Origin: the human T2T-CHM13v2.0 reference genome, Homo sapiens
Assembly: GCF_009914755.1 (NCBI RefSeq)
Contig: NC_060926.1
Reading direction: 5' to 3' (one strand)
DNA length: 64,000 bases
The position numbers and the translations under genes were made by a program. The first letter of the stretch is position 1, and each line of letters starts with the position of its first letter. Below are positions 33,754 to 52,289 of the stretch, piece after piece. The notes beneath the pieces were generated by a model that worked only from the letters and a program-made list of their open reading frames with translations, searched no databases and was not told where the DNA came from.

Positions 33754-34528
33754 ACCCTCAGTAAAGCCAGGGAAGCCTCCCTCCACTATAGTCTACCAGT
33801 GAGTCAGGCTAACTAATTGGAATCTCTGCTTTTATTAACTTCAGGTGACATTACAGAGCAAGTGAAGGACTATGTGGGTTCCATCTGCATGCTAATTAAA
33901 GCCAGGCTCTGCCCTAGGAACCAGGATGCATGACCCACATTTCCTTTTCCTCTTGGACAAACAGAAGGGAAAAAATTATAATCAAGATCAAAAGTGAGTC
34001 AAAAGACAAATGGACAGGAATTCCATAGAAATGCCTCCCAGGTCAAGGCGGTCCCCCTGAGAAATTGCCCAGGGTGTCTTTTCTCCTTTAGCATCCCTGC
34101 ATGCAACTCTCCCTCTTTGCATGGTGACAGACAGTTGTACGGTGGGCAGAGTCATTTCCTGGTGTCCATTTCTCTCATTTCTCTCATCGTCACTTTTCCA
34201 GTGACGGAGTGAAAAATTGCTCTATTGGCAGCAAGGCTGTCAGGGAGAACTGAGAGTTGAAACAAGCCACAACTTTTCAACATTGCTGCTCTAGAGCTAA
34301 CCCATAAATGGCACCCATTCAGAACATGAATGTCACAAATCATCTAAGCATAAACTCTCCTAACACCCACTCACTCACACAGCCAGACAAGAGTACTGAC
34401 TCTTCCAGAAACTCTCTAGTTTACAAAATCTCACCCATCCCTTCCAGGATCATCCTATGACTTTCTCTGGTCTCAAATGCCCTGTCTGTCCCCAATTCCC
34501 TCCTGTTAAGATGTTCCTCAGTTCCTCT

Positions 34529-34925
34529 CTGCTATGGTTTGAATGTGCCCCCAAATGTTCATGTGTTGGAAAATTAATCCCTCTGCCCTCATGAATGAAT
34601 TAGTGTTAGCTCTGCCCTCATGAATGGATTAATGGGTTAATGAGGCCTGTGTGGTCATAAATGGATTAATGTCACTATCACAGGAGTGGGTTCGTTATTG
34701 AGGGAAGGGCTTTATTATAGAAGCGAGCTCTCTCTGGCTCTCCTGCTGTTGCCCTCTCACCATGTAATGCCCTTCACCGTGGTATGATGCAGCAAGAAGG
34801 CCTCACAAGATGCCAGTTCCATGCTCTTGAACTTCCCAGCCTCCAGAACCATGAGCTAAACATTTTCTTTATAAGTTACCCAGTCTGTGGTATTCTGTTA
34901 TAGCAACAGAAAACAGACAAAGACA
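34529..34925 (+). mobile_element. MST-type MaLR LTR
   Basis: TGCTATGGTTTGAATGTGCCCCC start; TACCCAGTCTGTGGTATTCTGTTATAGCAACAGAAAACAGAC end. Confidence 0.85.
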
Positions 34926-35384
34926 CCCCCCATATGCAACCTCTTTTGCTGCAGCAAATAGTAAACCTGACTTTGTTGACTATATGTGGGTTCCTGGTGG
35001 TCTTTGACTGAGAGACATCAACTCCCAACTCAAGCAACCAGTGCTCTCAACTGCAATCCCTGATCCACTGGAGTGTGGTGATCAGCTGTGAAGTGTGTAT
35101 TAGGTAATTGGTGGCTAGTACTAATTAAGATTCTCAAGCTTGGAAATAACAAAGGAGTATGGCTTGCCCAGGAGGAACTGTGCAGAGCCATGGGGGACAC
35201 CTCAGATGTTCGTGGGAATGTCACATAAGGGGTGGCATGTATGCAGCTGGCTTATGCATAGGGAATCACTAGCTACATACTTGGCCATTCTCCTTCATTT
35301 CTGCCTTTGTCTGGGGAATTCTCGAATTACCTGAGCAGAAGGACACATCACCTCCATCTATGTTGTTTCATGGATAAGGCGTAA

Positions 35385-35710
<326 letters not shown>

Positions 35711-37379
35711 AAATGTTTTTTAAAATCCTATTTATTCTCTTTCACTTAAAGGTCACCATTTTTCATATTGTTGGATGGAAAAAAGCAGCACCCATTTAAA
35801 TGTTTAAATGTCAATGATGAATATTGAGCAAGTGCCTTTTATGTGCTTGATCCTTGCAGAGAATACAGCTTTGGATGGGGCAGGTACACTAAATGCCCTT
35901 CCACAGCTTCCAGAATGTCAGGGAGGACAATTTGAGACAAGGAGTGTGAGGGTTGCTGAGATCAAAGGAGGGTGGAAAGCGAGATGTACCCTTGCCTGGT
36001 TCACTAAGGCTGCCTCTGACAACAGAGGAAATGTGAGTGAGGCCTCTGAGGCAGGAGGCAGGGCCCAGTGACTGCTGTCCTGAATCTCTTTACAAATCCT
36101 GTGATTTGACCTGGAGAGTTCTGAACAACAGACACTTGCTCATTCATGGGTGGGCCCGGAAGGCCTGTTTCACGGACCATCGTGCAGCTCCCACACCACA
36201 GCCTTGTCACAGGTCCTTGCCAAGATTTAACAGAACAAAGGCCGTGGGCCCCAGCAGTGTCTTCCCAGGTGAAGATCTCTCAGGTCTCGCATTTGTTCCA
36301 GGGTACCCTGTTCCCTGCCTTGCCGTTCCAGCTCCTTGGCAGAAGGCCTGCACATCTTATTTGAAAAGTCAAGGGCATTTTTCCCTTCTTTTTTTTTCCT
36401 CCCCTGGTTCAGATGTAGGTGTAGGACACATCCCAAAGAACACAGCCCTCCAGAACTGCAGGCAGTCCAGAGTGGCAGGAGCCAGGGGAGGTTGGGCAGG
36501 TTTCTGTTTCCTGAGGGGCCACTCACATCATCTCCCCAACTTAGGGAGAACATAGAATCCTTCACAGCTACACAAGGACAGGCATTCAGTCTCTGAGATA
36601 ATAAGGAATTCACAGCAACCAGGCTTTCCTCCTTCATGGACTGAAATGACTGTTTTATGTGCATTTGGCTGAAATAAGGAGCATTTCTGTTGATTCCAGG
36701 TTTACCTAACTGAGTTCAGCTACATGAGGAAGTTTAAATTGGCTTACAGTCTGTGGGCATATGGAAGGCTGAAAAGAGCTGGTGTGTCAGCAGATATGAG
36801 GCTGAATCACAAATTCATTCAGGAAGTCCAAGATTAAAGTCTAGTTTATATTATTATGTAACAAATATACCTGCCAAGCAACACATCCAGGCAAATAAAT
36901 TTGGAGTATTTTTATGTAGGATACAGCTGGGATACAAAGCTTGTATATATTTAAGACTTATGGGAATGGTAAATAAGACTACTTCTGTGGAATCTCTTAA
37001 AAAGGTAGTTTAAAAATTTGGAGCATGGAGTAAAGGTCCCAAATTCTTATGAACTAGGAGCTTCCTGCTAACAGTCATGTGCACTTTATCTGTTAATTGT
37101 TTACTGTCTCATTCCTCTGAGTGCAATTGCGTTCCCCAGGAAGATGAGTCTCTGGACATGCCAGGCAAGGAAAGGTGATTTTGAAATAAAAGTACTAGAA
37201 GACGACATGTTCAATTTTCATACCAGTCATAAATACGTATATAGTTCTATTTATATATACACTTCTATTTATATATTACATATATAGATATGAAATATAT
37301 TTAGAAATATATATATTTTTAAGTGCAGGGTTTTTTTAAAAGGTATTGTGATGTCAAACCACACTTAAAAGTGAGTTAA

Positions 37380-40300
37380 GGTTTCTACCTCTGGAACAGC
37401 AGAGTAAAAATCTTCAAAAATCCACTCCTCTATGAAAGACATAAAAACACTGCCAAAACAGTCAAAAATCAACTTTTTCAGAATCTGGAAATTAACTGAA
37501 GGCTAGCAACAATTTGAAGAGAATTTATTCAAGCAAAACAGCTGAATCTTGGTGAAATGCCTGTGGCATTTTAACTTCTCTAATGTCATTCTCCTCTCCC
37601 CAGCTCCACAGTATGAGCCTTGAAGACTGAAAGCCCTGCAACCTTAACAGCTATGAAAACTAGTACCTACTAGTCACTGGAGTGAGTAGAACAAGTTGGG
37701 AGCTTCTCAAAAACTCCACCCCCCACTAAAATTCACTATTTGATCTCACAGCTTACTGAAAAGCTACCTTCTCAGGGCTTAGACTCAAGAGCTCACTCTG
37801 TGTGAACAGCCTTACCATTTGTCAAAAACAATCAGTAGCAATTGTTTAATATTGCAACTGGAGGTGTTGTTACCTCCAGAGCCAACAAGAGGCTGAGCAA
37901 AAAACAAAAACAAACAAACAAAAAAACAAAAAAACTGGGAAATGAAATATCTACAGGGGGCTTTGAAAAGCTCTGACACATCCCTGGGAATCTAGAAAAC
38001 CATGCATGTGCAGGGATGAGAACATGCCCAAGAAAGACCTGAAAGGGTCCTAAGTTCTTATCTCAGGCCAGCTTGAGGTACTTCTCATGCAGGAAGTAAA
38101 GCCTAAGGCAGAGTTGTAAATTCTCAGCCAGAATATTGAAGGTATGTCCCAACTCACACACAGAGTTCCTCTATGAAGACTGGAAGACTCATATGTTCAA
38201 GGTATTTGAGAAAATCTCTGCCCAATCAAGGGCTGTCTATTAAGCTAACTAAGCGCTGACTTCAATAGCCATACAGAATAAAAAAATACAAACTTTACAC
38301 ACTTAGTCCAGGAAAAACACTAAACAAACAGCAATGACAATAAGCAGAAACAAGCAAACCCTGGATGGAGTAGTATGATTTACAAAGTTGACAAATTATA
38401 TTGTTTAAAATGTCCAATTTTCAATAAAATATTATGAACTTACCAAAAAAAGGGGGCCCAAAGAAGTATGCTCCCATGCATAAACAGTCAATACACACTA
38501 TCCCTAAGGAAGCTCAGAACTTATGTATTAGTCCGTTTTCATGCTGCTGATAAGGACATACCTGAGACTGGGAAGAAAAAGATGTTTAATTGGACTTACA
38601 GTTCCACATGGCTGGGGAGGCCTCAGAATCATGGCAGGAGGCAAAAGGCACTTCTTACATGGCAGTGGCAAGAGAAAATGAGGAAGATGCAAAAGCAAAA
38701 ACCCCTGATAAAACCATCAGATCTCATGAGACTTATTCACTACCACGAGAACAGTATGGGGGAAACTGCCCCCATGATTCAAATTATCTCCCACCAGCTC
38801 CCTCCCACAAAATGTGGGAATTGTGGGAGTACAATTTAAGATGAGATTTGGGTGAGGACACAGCCAAACCATATCAGCTTACTAGAGAAAGACTTTAAAT
38901 CAGCTATTATAAATATTTTCAAAAAAAGTAAAGAAAACCATGTCTAAAGGAGGTTGTCTCATCAAATAGAGAATATCAATAAAGAGATAGAAACTTTTTA
39001 AAAAAACAAATAGAAATATTAAGTTGAAAAGTATAAGGCTGAAATAACAAATTCACAAGAAGGCCAAGAGACAATTTGAGCAGGCAGAAGAAAGAATCGG
39101 TGAATTTAAACATAGGTCATTGATATTATCCAGCTTGAGGAACAAAAAAAAAAAAAGAAAAACTATCTGAGCCTTAGATATTTGTGAGGTCACCATCAAG
39201 CATATCAATATATGTATAATAAGCATCTCAGAAGGAGAAGATAGTAAGAAAAGAAAGAAAGGGTATTTGAATAAATAAGGCAGGAAACTCCCCAAATCTG
39301 ATGAAAAACACTAATATGCACATCCGAGAAGCTAAAAGAATTCCAAGCAGGATAAAGACAAAAAGATCCACACTTAGACCCATCATGGTCAAACTGTTGA
39401 AAGTCAAAAAGAATTTTTAAACTAGTAAGAGAAAAGACTTCAAGTATAAGGGAGCTTCAATAAGAGTAACAGGTCACTTCTCATCAGAAACTATGGAAGC
39501 CAGAAGACAGTGGGAGGACATATTCAAAGAGATCAAAGAAAAAAAGCTGTTGACCAAGAATTCGATATCAGCCAAACTCTTCTTCAAGAAAACAGAAACT
39601 TAGGCATTCTCAAATACAGAAAAATGGAGAAAATGTATTGTTAGCACACATACCACATAAGAAATATTAAAGGGAGTCCTTTAGGCTGATACAAAAGAAC
39701 ACTCGAGAGTAACTTGTATTCACACAAAGAAATAACACCAATAAAGGAAATTATGTAAGTAAATATAAAAGACAATATAAATATATTTTTTGTTTATGAC
39801 ACTGTTAAATTTTACCTTATTTAAATGACAACTGCATAAAGCAACAATTATACAACTGTGTTGATGAGTTTATAATGTATACAAATTTAATTGGTATAAA
39901 TAAAATAGTACAAAAGAGGGAAAAGGGAAAAAAGCCATATTGGAACAGGTTTTCACTGTCTACTATAGAAATTAAATTGGTGTCAATCTGAACTAGATTG
40001 TTTTACATTGTTAATTATAATCCCTGGGGCAATCATTAACAAAATAACTCAAATGGCTATAGTAAAATAAATATCAAAGGAATTAAAATAATAGACTAGA
40101 AAATATGTATTTAACACAAAAGAAGCCATTCATAGAGGAATAGAGAAACAAAAAGGACATGACACTCAGAAAGCCAATAACAAAATGTCAAACATAAAAT
40201 TCTAGCTTACCAGCAATTATATTAAGTGTATTTGGACTGTTATATATGCATACATTTTATATATGTATGGAGTAACTACTAAAAAAACTATACAAAGAGA

Positions 40301-40488
40301 TACACTCCAAAATACTATAGAGAAATAAAAATGGAATTCTAAAAAATGTTCAAGTAACCCACAGGAAAGCAGGAAAAGAAAAAAAGAACAACAAAGATAA
40401 CAAAACAAATAATAAAATGGCAAATTTAAGTCTTGACATATCAATAATTACATTAAATGTAAATAACAGTCTAAATACACCAATTAAA
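37380..40488 (+). mobile_element. Old L1M: 5' region, ORF1 and start of ORF2, decayed
   Basis: ORF1-like motifs (CTTCTCATCAGAAACTATGGAAGCCAGAAGACAGTGG) and ORF2 start (ATAATTACATTAAATGTAAAT..CCAATTAAA). Confidence 0.8.
38524..38876 (-). mobile_element. THE1 solo LTR nested in L1
   Basis: TGTATTAGTCCGTTTTCATGCTGCTG...CACAGCCAAACCATATCA; TSD (A/G)CTTA. Confidence 0.92.
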
Positions 40489-41375
40489 TCAGTTGCTCAT
40501 ATTTGTGTGGACCTAGTTCTGGAATCTCTAATCCATTAAGTTGATATGTTTGTCTGTCACTTCACCAGTATCACACTATCTTCATTACTGTAGCTTATAG
40601 TAATTTTTAAAATCCAGCTAGCATGAGTCTTCAAATTTTATTCTTTTAAAAAAAATGTTTGGACTATTCTAGTTCCTTTGCCTTTCCATATAAATTTTAG
40701 AATGAGCTTGTCTATACGTACAAAAAATTATTTGGGGATTTTTATGGGAGTTATATTAAATCTAAATTAATTTGGAGAGAATTGACATCTTCCTAATGTT
40801 GAGACAGTGTAGAATTGGTGGTGTTTCTTTTATAAATTTTGGTAGAATTTGCCAGTGAAAATATCTGAACCTGGAGATTTCTTATGTATGAAATTTAAAC
40901 TATGACTTCAACGTCTTCAATAGTTACAAGGACTAATTCAGGTTATCTACTTCCTCTTATATGGGTTTAGTCATTTGTGATTTTAGAGGAGTTGGTGTAT
41001 TTCATCTATAATCTCAAATTTGTGTGCATGTAGCTGTTTGTAGTATTCTCTTATACCTTTCATTTCTTGCAGGATTTCTGGTACTGTTCCCATTTTCATT
41101 CCTGACACTGGTATTTTTTGTCATCTCTCTTTTGCTCCTTATCAGTTTGCCTAAAAGTTTATCAGTTTTACTGACCTTTACAAAGAACTTGGTTTAACTG
41201 ACTTTTTTTCATTGATTTTGACCTACAAAGCTTTGGTTTCACTGATGTTCCCTATTATTTTTCTGTTTACAGTTTCATTGATCTCTACAGTTGTCTTCAT
41301 TTCCTTCATTCATTTTGCTTTGGATTTATTTGGCTATACTTTTTCTAGCTCTACTCCATTTTAGATTATTGACTT

Positions 41376-41909
<534 letters not shown>

Positions 41910-42020
41910 TGATTTTTAATCTACTTCCATTATGTACAGAGAATAGACTTTGAATTATTTCAATACTTTTAAATTTGTTAAGTTTTATTTTATGACCCAA
42001 GATATGGTTTATCTTAGTCA

Positions 42021-42352
<332 letters not shown>

Positions 42353-42814
42353 GAATGTGTATTCTACTCTTGTTTGAGGTATATTCAATAAATTTCAATT
42401 AGACCAAGTTAACTGATAGTGTTGCTCAGTTCTTCTATATATTTGTTCCGTCTATTAGTTGTATGGATTACTAAGAAAGGAGTGTTGAAGTTACCAAATA
42501 TAATTGTAAATTTGTCTATTTCTTGTCTCAGTTCTGCCAGTGTTTGCTTCATATTCTGATTCACTGTTTTTAGAATGTATACACGTTTTGGATTGTAATG
42601 TCATAACAAGTCACCCCTTTTGTTATTATGCAGTGACTCTATCTTTTGAAGTTATCTTTGCTCTGAAGTCTATTTTATTATTAATATAGCCTCTCCATCT
42701 TTCTTTTGTTTAATGTTTGCATGTTGCATTTTTTCCCATCCTTTTACTTTTCACCAAAGTGACTTTATTGTAGACAGCATATAGTTGGGTCATTTTTAAA
42801 AAATCCGTTCTGAC

Positions 42815-43356
<542 letters not shown>

Positions 43357-43929
43357 TTACATGTAATTGAGTTATTATGTCTGGATTTAGGTCTATGTTT
43401 TATTGTTGGTATTCTGTTTGATCCATCCACTTCTTCCTTCTTGTTTTACTGGCCATTTCTGTTTGGTATTCTTTGCTGAGTCTTCCTTATTTCCTCAGAC
43501 TCTTAATTATGGAGTACCCTATGGTTCAGTACTGGATTACTACTCTCTCTCTTTTTATCTCCACTAACTTTCCAGATAATCTTATACAGTCTGATAGTTT
43601 TTAATATTATCTACATGCTGATAACTCCAAAATTTATATTTCCAGGCAAAACTTCTTGAAACAAATCATAACTTAAAAGTGACAACTTCAAGTTCCTCTG
43701 ACATTTGGGGATCAGTTCATTTGTAATAACATAAATATATTTCTAGTCCAAATGACCCAAATTAACCCTCTGGACCTATCTTGAATGAATGGCTGATTTC
43801 AAAAAAAGGTGATGATGATGTGGCATTTGATTTGGACAATCCACCCCCTCCCCAAGATCCCTTTTGGTTCCCTTAAAAATGCATATTAGACAACTTCCAT
43901 TGTATTGTCCCTTAAATTTTTCAGTGTAT

Positions 43930-44350
43930 TTACATCCATTACCTCATTGGAATCTCAAATCAAAATCATAATGTAGGCATGACAGATTTTATTTTTGGCT
44001 CCATTTTCCGGATAAAGAAACTAAGTTTCAGAAAGATTAACTGCCAAATGTCACACAGCTTAAAAATGAAGAAAATGGGATGCAAACACAAGACAATAAT
44101 GAAAACATGGTGCTTTTTCTGCTGAAACAGGCTACCTTTCCCCCTTTATCTGCACCTCCGGCTGCTTCTCTGGAGGTGTTTTAGTACGAAGAGTGCTTCA
44201 GAACTTCTGAGTTTGACAGACTTGGGTTCAAATTCCAGCTCAATCATTTGCTGAATTACCCTGGGAAAAACTCAACCATTTTAGCTTTCTGGTGTGAAAT
44301 GGCAATGACATCATCTACCTCATAGGCTTACTTTGACAATTAGAAGTAAT
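43930..44350. mobile_element. Two MIR fragments
   Basis: CCATTTTCCGGATAAAGAAACTAAG..GTCACACAGCT and CAGACTTGGGTTCAAATTCCAGCT. Confidence 0.65.
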
Positions 44351-44429
44351 AAAGAAATATACCATAAACTTAGGGAGTGAAGAAATAATTTAATGGGCCC
44401 ACAAAGCATGGCATCTCCAGAGTGAGAAA

Positions 44430-45840
<1,411 letters not shown>

Positions 45841-45844
45841 CCTC

Positions 45845-46298
45845 TTCCAAACTCATTCAGGTTGCTGATAAAGTGGCTGTGGTTATAAGACTGAAATCTC
45901 CACTTCTTGTCATCTGGGGGTTGCCCTCAGCTACTAGTGGCTGTCCACAAGTCCTAGATGCATGGCAGTTTACTTCTTCAAGGCTAATAGCAGAATCTCT
46001 CTGATGCTTCCTATCTTTGACTTCAGAAAGGGCCCAGTCTCTTTAAAGGGCTCACCTGATTCATTGAGGTCTACCCATGATAATCTGCCCCACATTTTTT
46101 TAGAGTCAAAATCAACTGATTTGAGACCTTAATTGCATCAAATGTCAAATCTTCATATTTGCCATATAATAAAAATTAATCATGGGAGTGAAATCCATGA
46201 TATTCATAATAATGCCCACATCCAAGAGGAGGAATTATGTAGGTCGTATACACTAGGGAAGAGGAATCTTGGGAGCCATCTTAGAACTCTGCCTACAG
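45845..46298 (-). mobile_element. MLT1-type LTR fragment
   Basis: AAAGGGCTCACCTGATT..GATAATCT..GCCATCTTAGAACTCTGCCTACA. Confidence 0.7.
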
Positions 46299-46392
46299 AA
46301 AGGAGAGGGGGCAAAGAACCACTCTTTTTCATTGAAAAAATCTTCATTATGCTTTTATAATTCACTCATCCATAATAAACTCCATAACAAAC

Positions 46393-46416
46393 TTTATTTC
46401 ATAGTAAACTTTTATT
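46393..46416 (-). terminator. Paired distal poly(A) signals
   Basis: TTTATT at 46393-46398 and 46411-46416 in AU-rich unique sequence. Confidence 0.6.
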
Positions 46417-46860
46417 TAACTATGTACAACTTCAGTTAAAAATTATATTTAATAGAATCTAAATGCCACTGAATCAATAAGATTCACCATTTCTTATGTA
46501 CTGCTAAGAAAACAATAACCTGCTAATTAAAATGAGTCTATCAATTGTAAAATATATTCCAGTTTCAGAGATGTTAAATAATGTGTAGCTCAGAGTAACA
46601 TACAATAACTAAAAACATGTCTTTTTCTTTCATGCCTCCAAGACAAGTTCGAATTTAGTTTATTTTTAAATAATGTAAATGAGTGTTACAAATTTCACAG
46701 GAATCAACAGCACTTTTAAGATGAGTTGGGCATCTTGTCCCTCCCTATCCAAACATATACATTCTCCCCTCTCCTCTTAACCCTTCTAAATATATCTACT
46801 CTTCCTAGTTTTCTGCTCCTTATTATGAAAATAGCCCTCCCCATCTTAATTTCTCTTCAT

Positions 46861-47220
46861 TTCTTAGTCCATTTGGGCTATTATAACAAAAATACCACAG
46901 ACTAGGTGGCTTAAACAACACTTACTCCTCACAGTTCTGGAGATGGGGGGAGGTCAAGGTCAAGGTGCTGGTATATTAGTGTGTGGTGAGGGCCTGCTTC
47001 CTGCTTTGTAGACAGCCATTTTCTTGCCGTGTCCTCACATGGTGGAAAAGGGAGACAGCTCCCCAGGGCCTCTTTTATAAGGGCACTAATCCCATTCATG
47101 AGGGGCTCCACCCTCAAAACCCAATCATCTCCCAAAGGCCCTACCTCCTAACAGTTAGTCCTAGGAGTCAGGATTTCAACACATGAATTTTGGGGGTCGA
47201 ATACATTCAGTGTCTAACAC
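46861..47220 (-). mobile_element. MLT1A-type LTR
   Basis: TCTTAGTCCATTTGGGCTATTATAACAAAAATACCACAGACTAGGTGGCTTAAACAAC; TTTTATAAGGGCACTAATCCCATTCATGAGG. Confidence 0.85.
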
Positions 47221-47792
47221 TTCCTTAAACCTGTTTCTTAATGTGTGCTCTTTGCAGGAGCTGAATACAATGAATGTAGTTTTTGGTGAAGAGGATGGCG
47301 AGGGGGAGAAACATGGACTTTGGGAAGAAGAATGTAGGTTTGCTTCTTAGTTCACATTTATTAGTTTCCCTTTGGCTGCAGGTAGCATAGTAGACAACCC
47401 AAATCAAAATGGCTTCAACAATAATGAAAATATATTATTTCAGGTGGTATGACATGAAATCTGAAGGTGAGGTATCGCTCATCTAAGACTGGTTAAGTCC
47501 ATGGCTCAGCTGTTATCAAGGATCCAGCTTCTTCCCAACTTTCCTCTCTGTTTTCTTCAGCTAGCACCCCTTGAAATCTTAAGACAGCTGTCTCTGTTCT
47601 GGTGTCATAATCCCTATTATAAGACTGTAATAAAGATTAAAAATAGATTTAAAATGCATAGACACAATCCTAGCATTCAGCAGGTGCTCAACCTGAGATA
47701 TTCTGATCTTGCCAAACTCCAAATGTGATGTCTTTGCTTATAATTGGCAGGAGGAGCCCCATGCTCTTTAGGCGCATTACCAAATCACCTAG

Positions 47793-48133
<341 letters not shown>

Positions 48134-48358
48134 TGAAGAAATCCTTGCACGTAACCCCCCAGTGGTTATGCTTATAAGAAACTAGTCAGTGAACTAAGAC
48201 AATTATGCTGAAACTCAGGAAACCTATTAAAACAGGGGACAGTCATTTAACATCTCGGGGTCTGAATTCCTAAAGTTCTACAATTGGATCAAGTTAAAAC
48301 ACCAAAAGGCTATATACTTGACCTATATTATCTCACCAACAGATAAAAATTGAGTTCT

Positions 48359-48676
<318 letters not shown>

Positions 48677-48807
48677 AGTTCTACTATTATGTGGCTTTTA
48701 GTAACTGACCATAAAAAGACCCATATGAAACCTGTCACACAGAATTTTAGAAATGAGAATTCTGTCCATTCTATTCTGTGATTTCCATAATGAAGACCCA
48801 CTTAAGA

Positions 48808-49106
48808 ATTTTTTTTTTTTTTTTTTTGAGACGGAGTCTCACTGTCGCCCAGGCTGGAGTGCAGTGGTGCGATCTCAGCTCACTGCAGGCTCCGCCCCCT
48901 GGGGTTCACACCATTCTCTTGCCTCAGCCTCCCGAGTAGCTGGGACTACAGGTGCCCGCCACCTCGCCCAGCTAATTTTTTGTAATTTTAGTAGAGATGG
49001 GGTTTCACCATGTTAGCCAGGATGGTCTCGATCTCCTGACCTCATGATCCGCCCACCTCGGCCTCCCAAAGTGCTGGGATTACAGGTGTGAGCCACCGCG
49101 CCCAGC
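48808..49106 (-). mobile_element. AluY-like element
   Basis: Poly(T), CCATTCTC, GTTAGCCAGGATGGTCTCGATCTCC. Confidence 0.95.
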
Positions 49107-50757
49107 TAAGAATTGTTTTTATGAAATTATTGAGAGATTTTGCCTCCTGCTTCCTTTCTGGTATTGAGAGGTAAGTAGTTGATCACTTTATCCCGTTTGC
49201 TTTGGCTTTAAAGACGGTCAAGGATAAATTCAATAGAGCCATGATAACCATGCTGGCCAAATAAATCTGTGCAGATTTTTCCCATACAACTTTCTGGCTT
49301 TATTTCTCCTGGTTTGAATTTTTTAGACTATGGTTTTATTATATATATATTATATATGCTTGGAGCTGCATCAAGGGTCAGTGAGATTTACTTCACAGGA
49401 GGAAACCAAGGGGAGCAGAGGGAAGTAGGAAGCCCGGCTTGGTATGGCTACAATGGCTAGGTGATAGAGTACTTTGGACGAATGGCTCTTGAGACGAATG
49501 GCTCTTGGTTCAGGGAACGGCACAGTGGGGGCGTGGCTGAAGCAGTATACTCGGAAATCTGCTCTGAGGAACCAGAGCAAACTGTACAGAGGAAAGGGGA
49601 GAATGGAGGCCAGTGATTGGCTGTGAGGTGCTGCCATAACCCAGGTAGGAGAGACCCACAGGCTAGCAGCTGCTTTGAGAACACAGGACACATTCATGAG
49701 AATCTCTGTCTCCTAACTTGATTCAACACAAATTAAGATATTTCACTTACACAGGTATGCTTGTTTCTTAAAACAATTAATTTGAAAAATAAGAGGTTTT
49801 TAACCTACTCTATTTGACTTCTGAGTCCCTCAAATCTCTGCGGTGTCTTTTAAGTTTACAAGTGAGATGGGTACTGCCTCAGAAATATAACAATTATTTT
49901 TTTCCTTATATATAAACTTTATATATAAAATCTATACTTTATAAGTATCAAACTATTATACATGAGGTAATATTAGGAAGTAAACTGCTAGACTGTAGTA
50001 TAAGATTAACTACAAGTATTGACAAGGCTCATGAAAATTAAAAAATTAAGCATTCCTATTTATTCCCTTTCTATGCAATGAATTGCATTATCCACTGTAT
50101 AAGGTTGTTATGAGACTTAAATAAGAAGTGCCTTGCCCACCTCCCGAGCCACAGCTGAGAAGCGAACCAATCAACCTGGGCAGACAGCAAAAGGGCACTG
50201 AGAGATGACTTGCTCTCCATTCCTCAGTTTCCTGCTTCTAAGGGCCTAGGATTTACCCTTGTTTCCTGCTTTCTTTCGTCTTGTCTGATAAACCTTTGCT
50301 TGGAGTATATGCAATTCCCTTTCTTGCTTTAGCAGGATTAGATAACAATGAAAATAACTTTGATTCCTATTTTCAAATAGGACTTTGCTAAGAAGTATCA
50401 CTAGCTTTGGTGTACTCTGTATGTCCAGCAAGTTGGTAATACTATTACTTTTCCCAACAATAAAACAATATAATGACGAGTTTCCATTTCATGGTATTTG
50501 TCTAATAATAACCAATAATCAATATTACTATATAAAACTGCATATTTAGAATCTCATTATTATTTGTACTTGGAACATTAGTATTTGAATCTTGTGTTAA
50601 TGATACCATCACACTCCTAAAGTTTGTAACTCACACAAGTGTATAATCTGACTACAGTTTATAAACCAATGAGAAAGATAAATATTCTTATATTTTAACA
50701 ACAGAAAAGTTACGAACTCTAAATTTAGAAATGGTATAGTAAGAGATATTGTTTCAC

Positions 50758-50763
50758 TTTATT
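50758..50763 (-). terminator. Proximal poly(A) signal candidate (another at 50835-50840)
   Basis: TTTATT about 570 nt downstream of the minus-strand acceptor. Confidence 0.55.
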
Positions 50764-51929
50764 TATAATAGTAAGAAACTGGAAACAAATGTCTAACAAT
50801 AGGAAACTGGTTTAAAAAAATCATAGAACCATAATTTATTTTAAGCCCTAAAATGAAATTGTGAACCATTAAAAATATGTTGTAAAACTATTTAATGTCA
50901 TAAAGAGAACTAACTCTGTTTTTATGGTCCATCTACCAATGTCTTCCGAGCAGTTCTCTCTCCTCAAACCTCCTCTACCTCTTTACTCACCCTCACTCAG
51001 CCTAACCTTGCTTCCGATTTTATTAAGGAAATCCAATCAATCAGAAGAGGTTTCTACAATTTACTATCACATTTACCCACCAGCCATCACCTCTGCCATA
51101 TATGCTCCTCTCCTATTCCAATGGCTGGAATGTCTCAGGGAAGACCAAGCCCTTCACTTGTACATTAGATCCCAGCTCTCTGTCCCATCCATTATGGAAG
51201 CTGCACATCACCCCAGTCACACAAGAGGGCACTCTGAATGAGGAATCTTGTAAACTACTCCAAATCACCAGTCTTGAACAGTCTTGAACACGCATGGGCG
51301 TTAAAGTACTCTTTATCTGTACATTGCTACCTACAGAAGAAAACAGAGAACAAAAACACATCAGCTCATGAAAATTACCAGCAGAGCCGCCCTTACTCCC
51401 AGTTCTCATCTCCCAAAACAACAACAACAAAAAACATATAGCTGAAGAAAACAAGCAAAAATCCAAACAGAATTAAACACCCCTCTTTGGGAAAATTAAA
51501 GAACATTCTGAATTGAAATTCAAAAACTAAGATTAGAACTGAAGCAAAAAAAAAAAAAATACAAATAATGAGACAAGAGTTGACTAACCTCAGACATGGC
51601 AAACAAGAAAAAAATTATATTACAAATGAAGACTATATTACAAGAAAGAATAAATTTGAATGGAAACATGATAAACATTATCGGACAAAAGCAGAAAGAG
51701 AACAAAAAATGAGATGAAGAAAGAAAAATTTAATAGAAAACAAAGAAAACACATTATAGAGAAAGAAACACAGTAACAATAAAATGACAGAAACTAAACC
51801 AAACATTTGGTAATTTCAACAAATGTGAATGGTCTTAATCCACTTATCAAAAGAAAAAGATTTTTGGTTGAGCCCGCAGAGCAAAACCCAACTACATATG
51901 TTCCATACAAGAAACAAACCTAAAAATTA

Positions 51930-52235
<306 letters not shown>

Positions 52236-52289
52236 AAAGCTAAAAATAAAGTGATGGGCAAATGAATATTAAAAGCAAATGGAAACATT

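Noticed and set aside
36037-36664. Overlapping 172-aa and 145-aa ORFs in unique intergenic sequence
   Set aside because: No recognisable domain or exon structure; the 172-aa ORF opens with GTG rather than ATG; lengths are compatible with chance.
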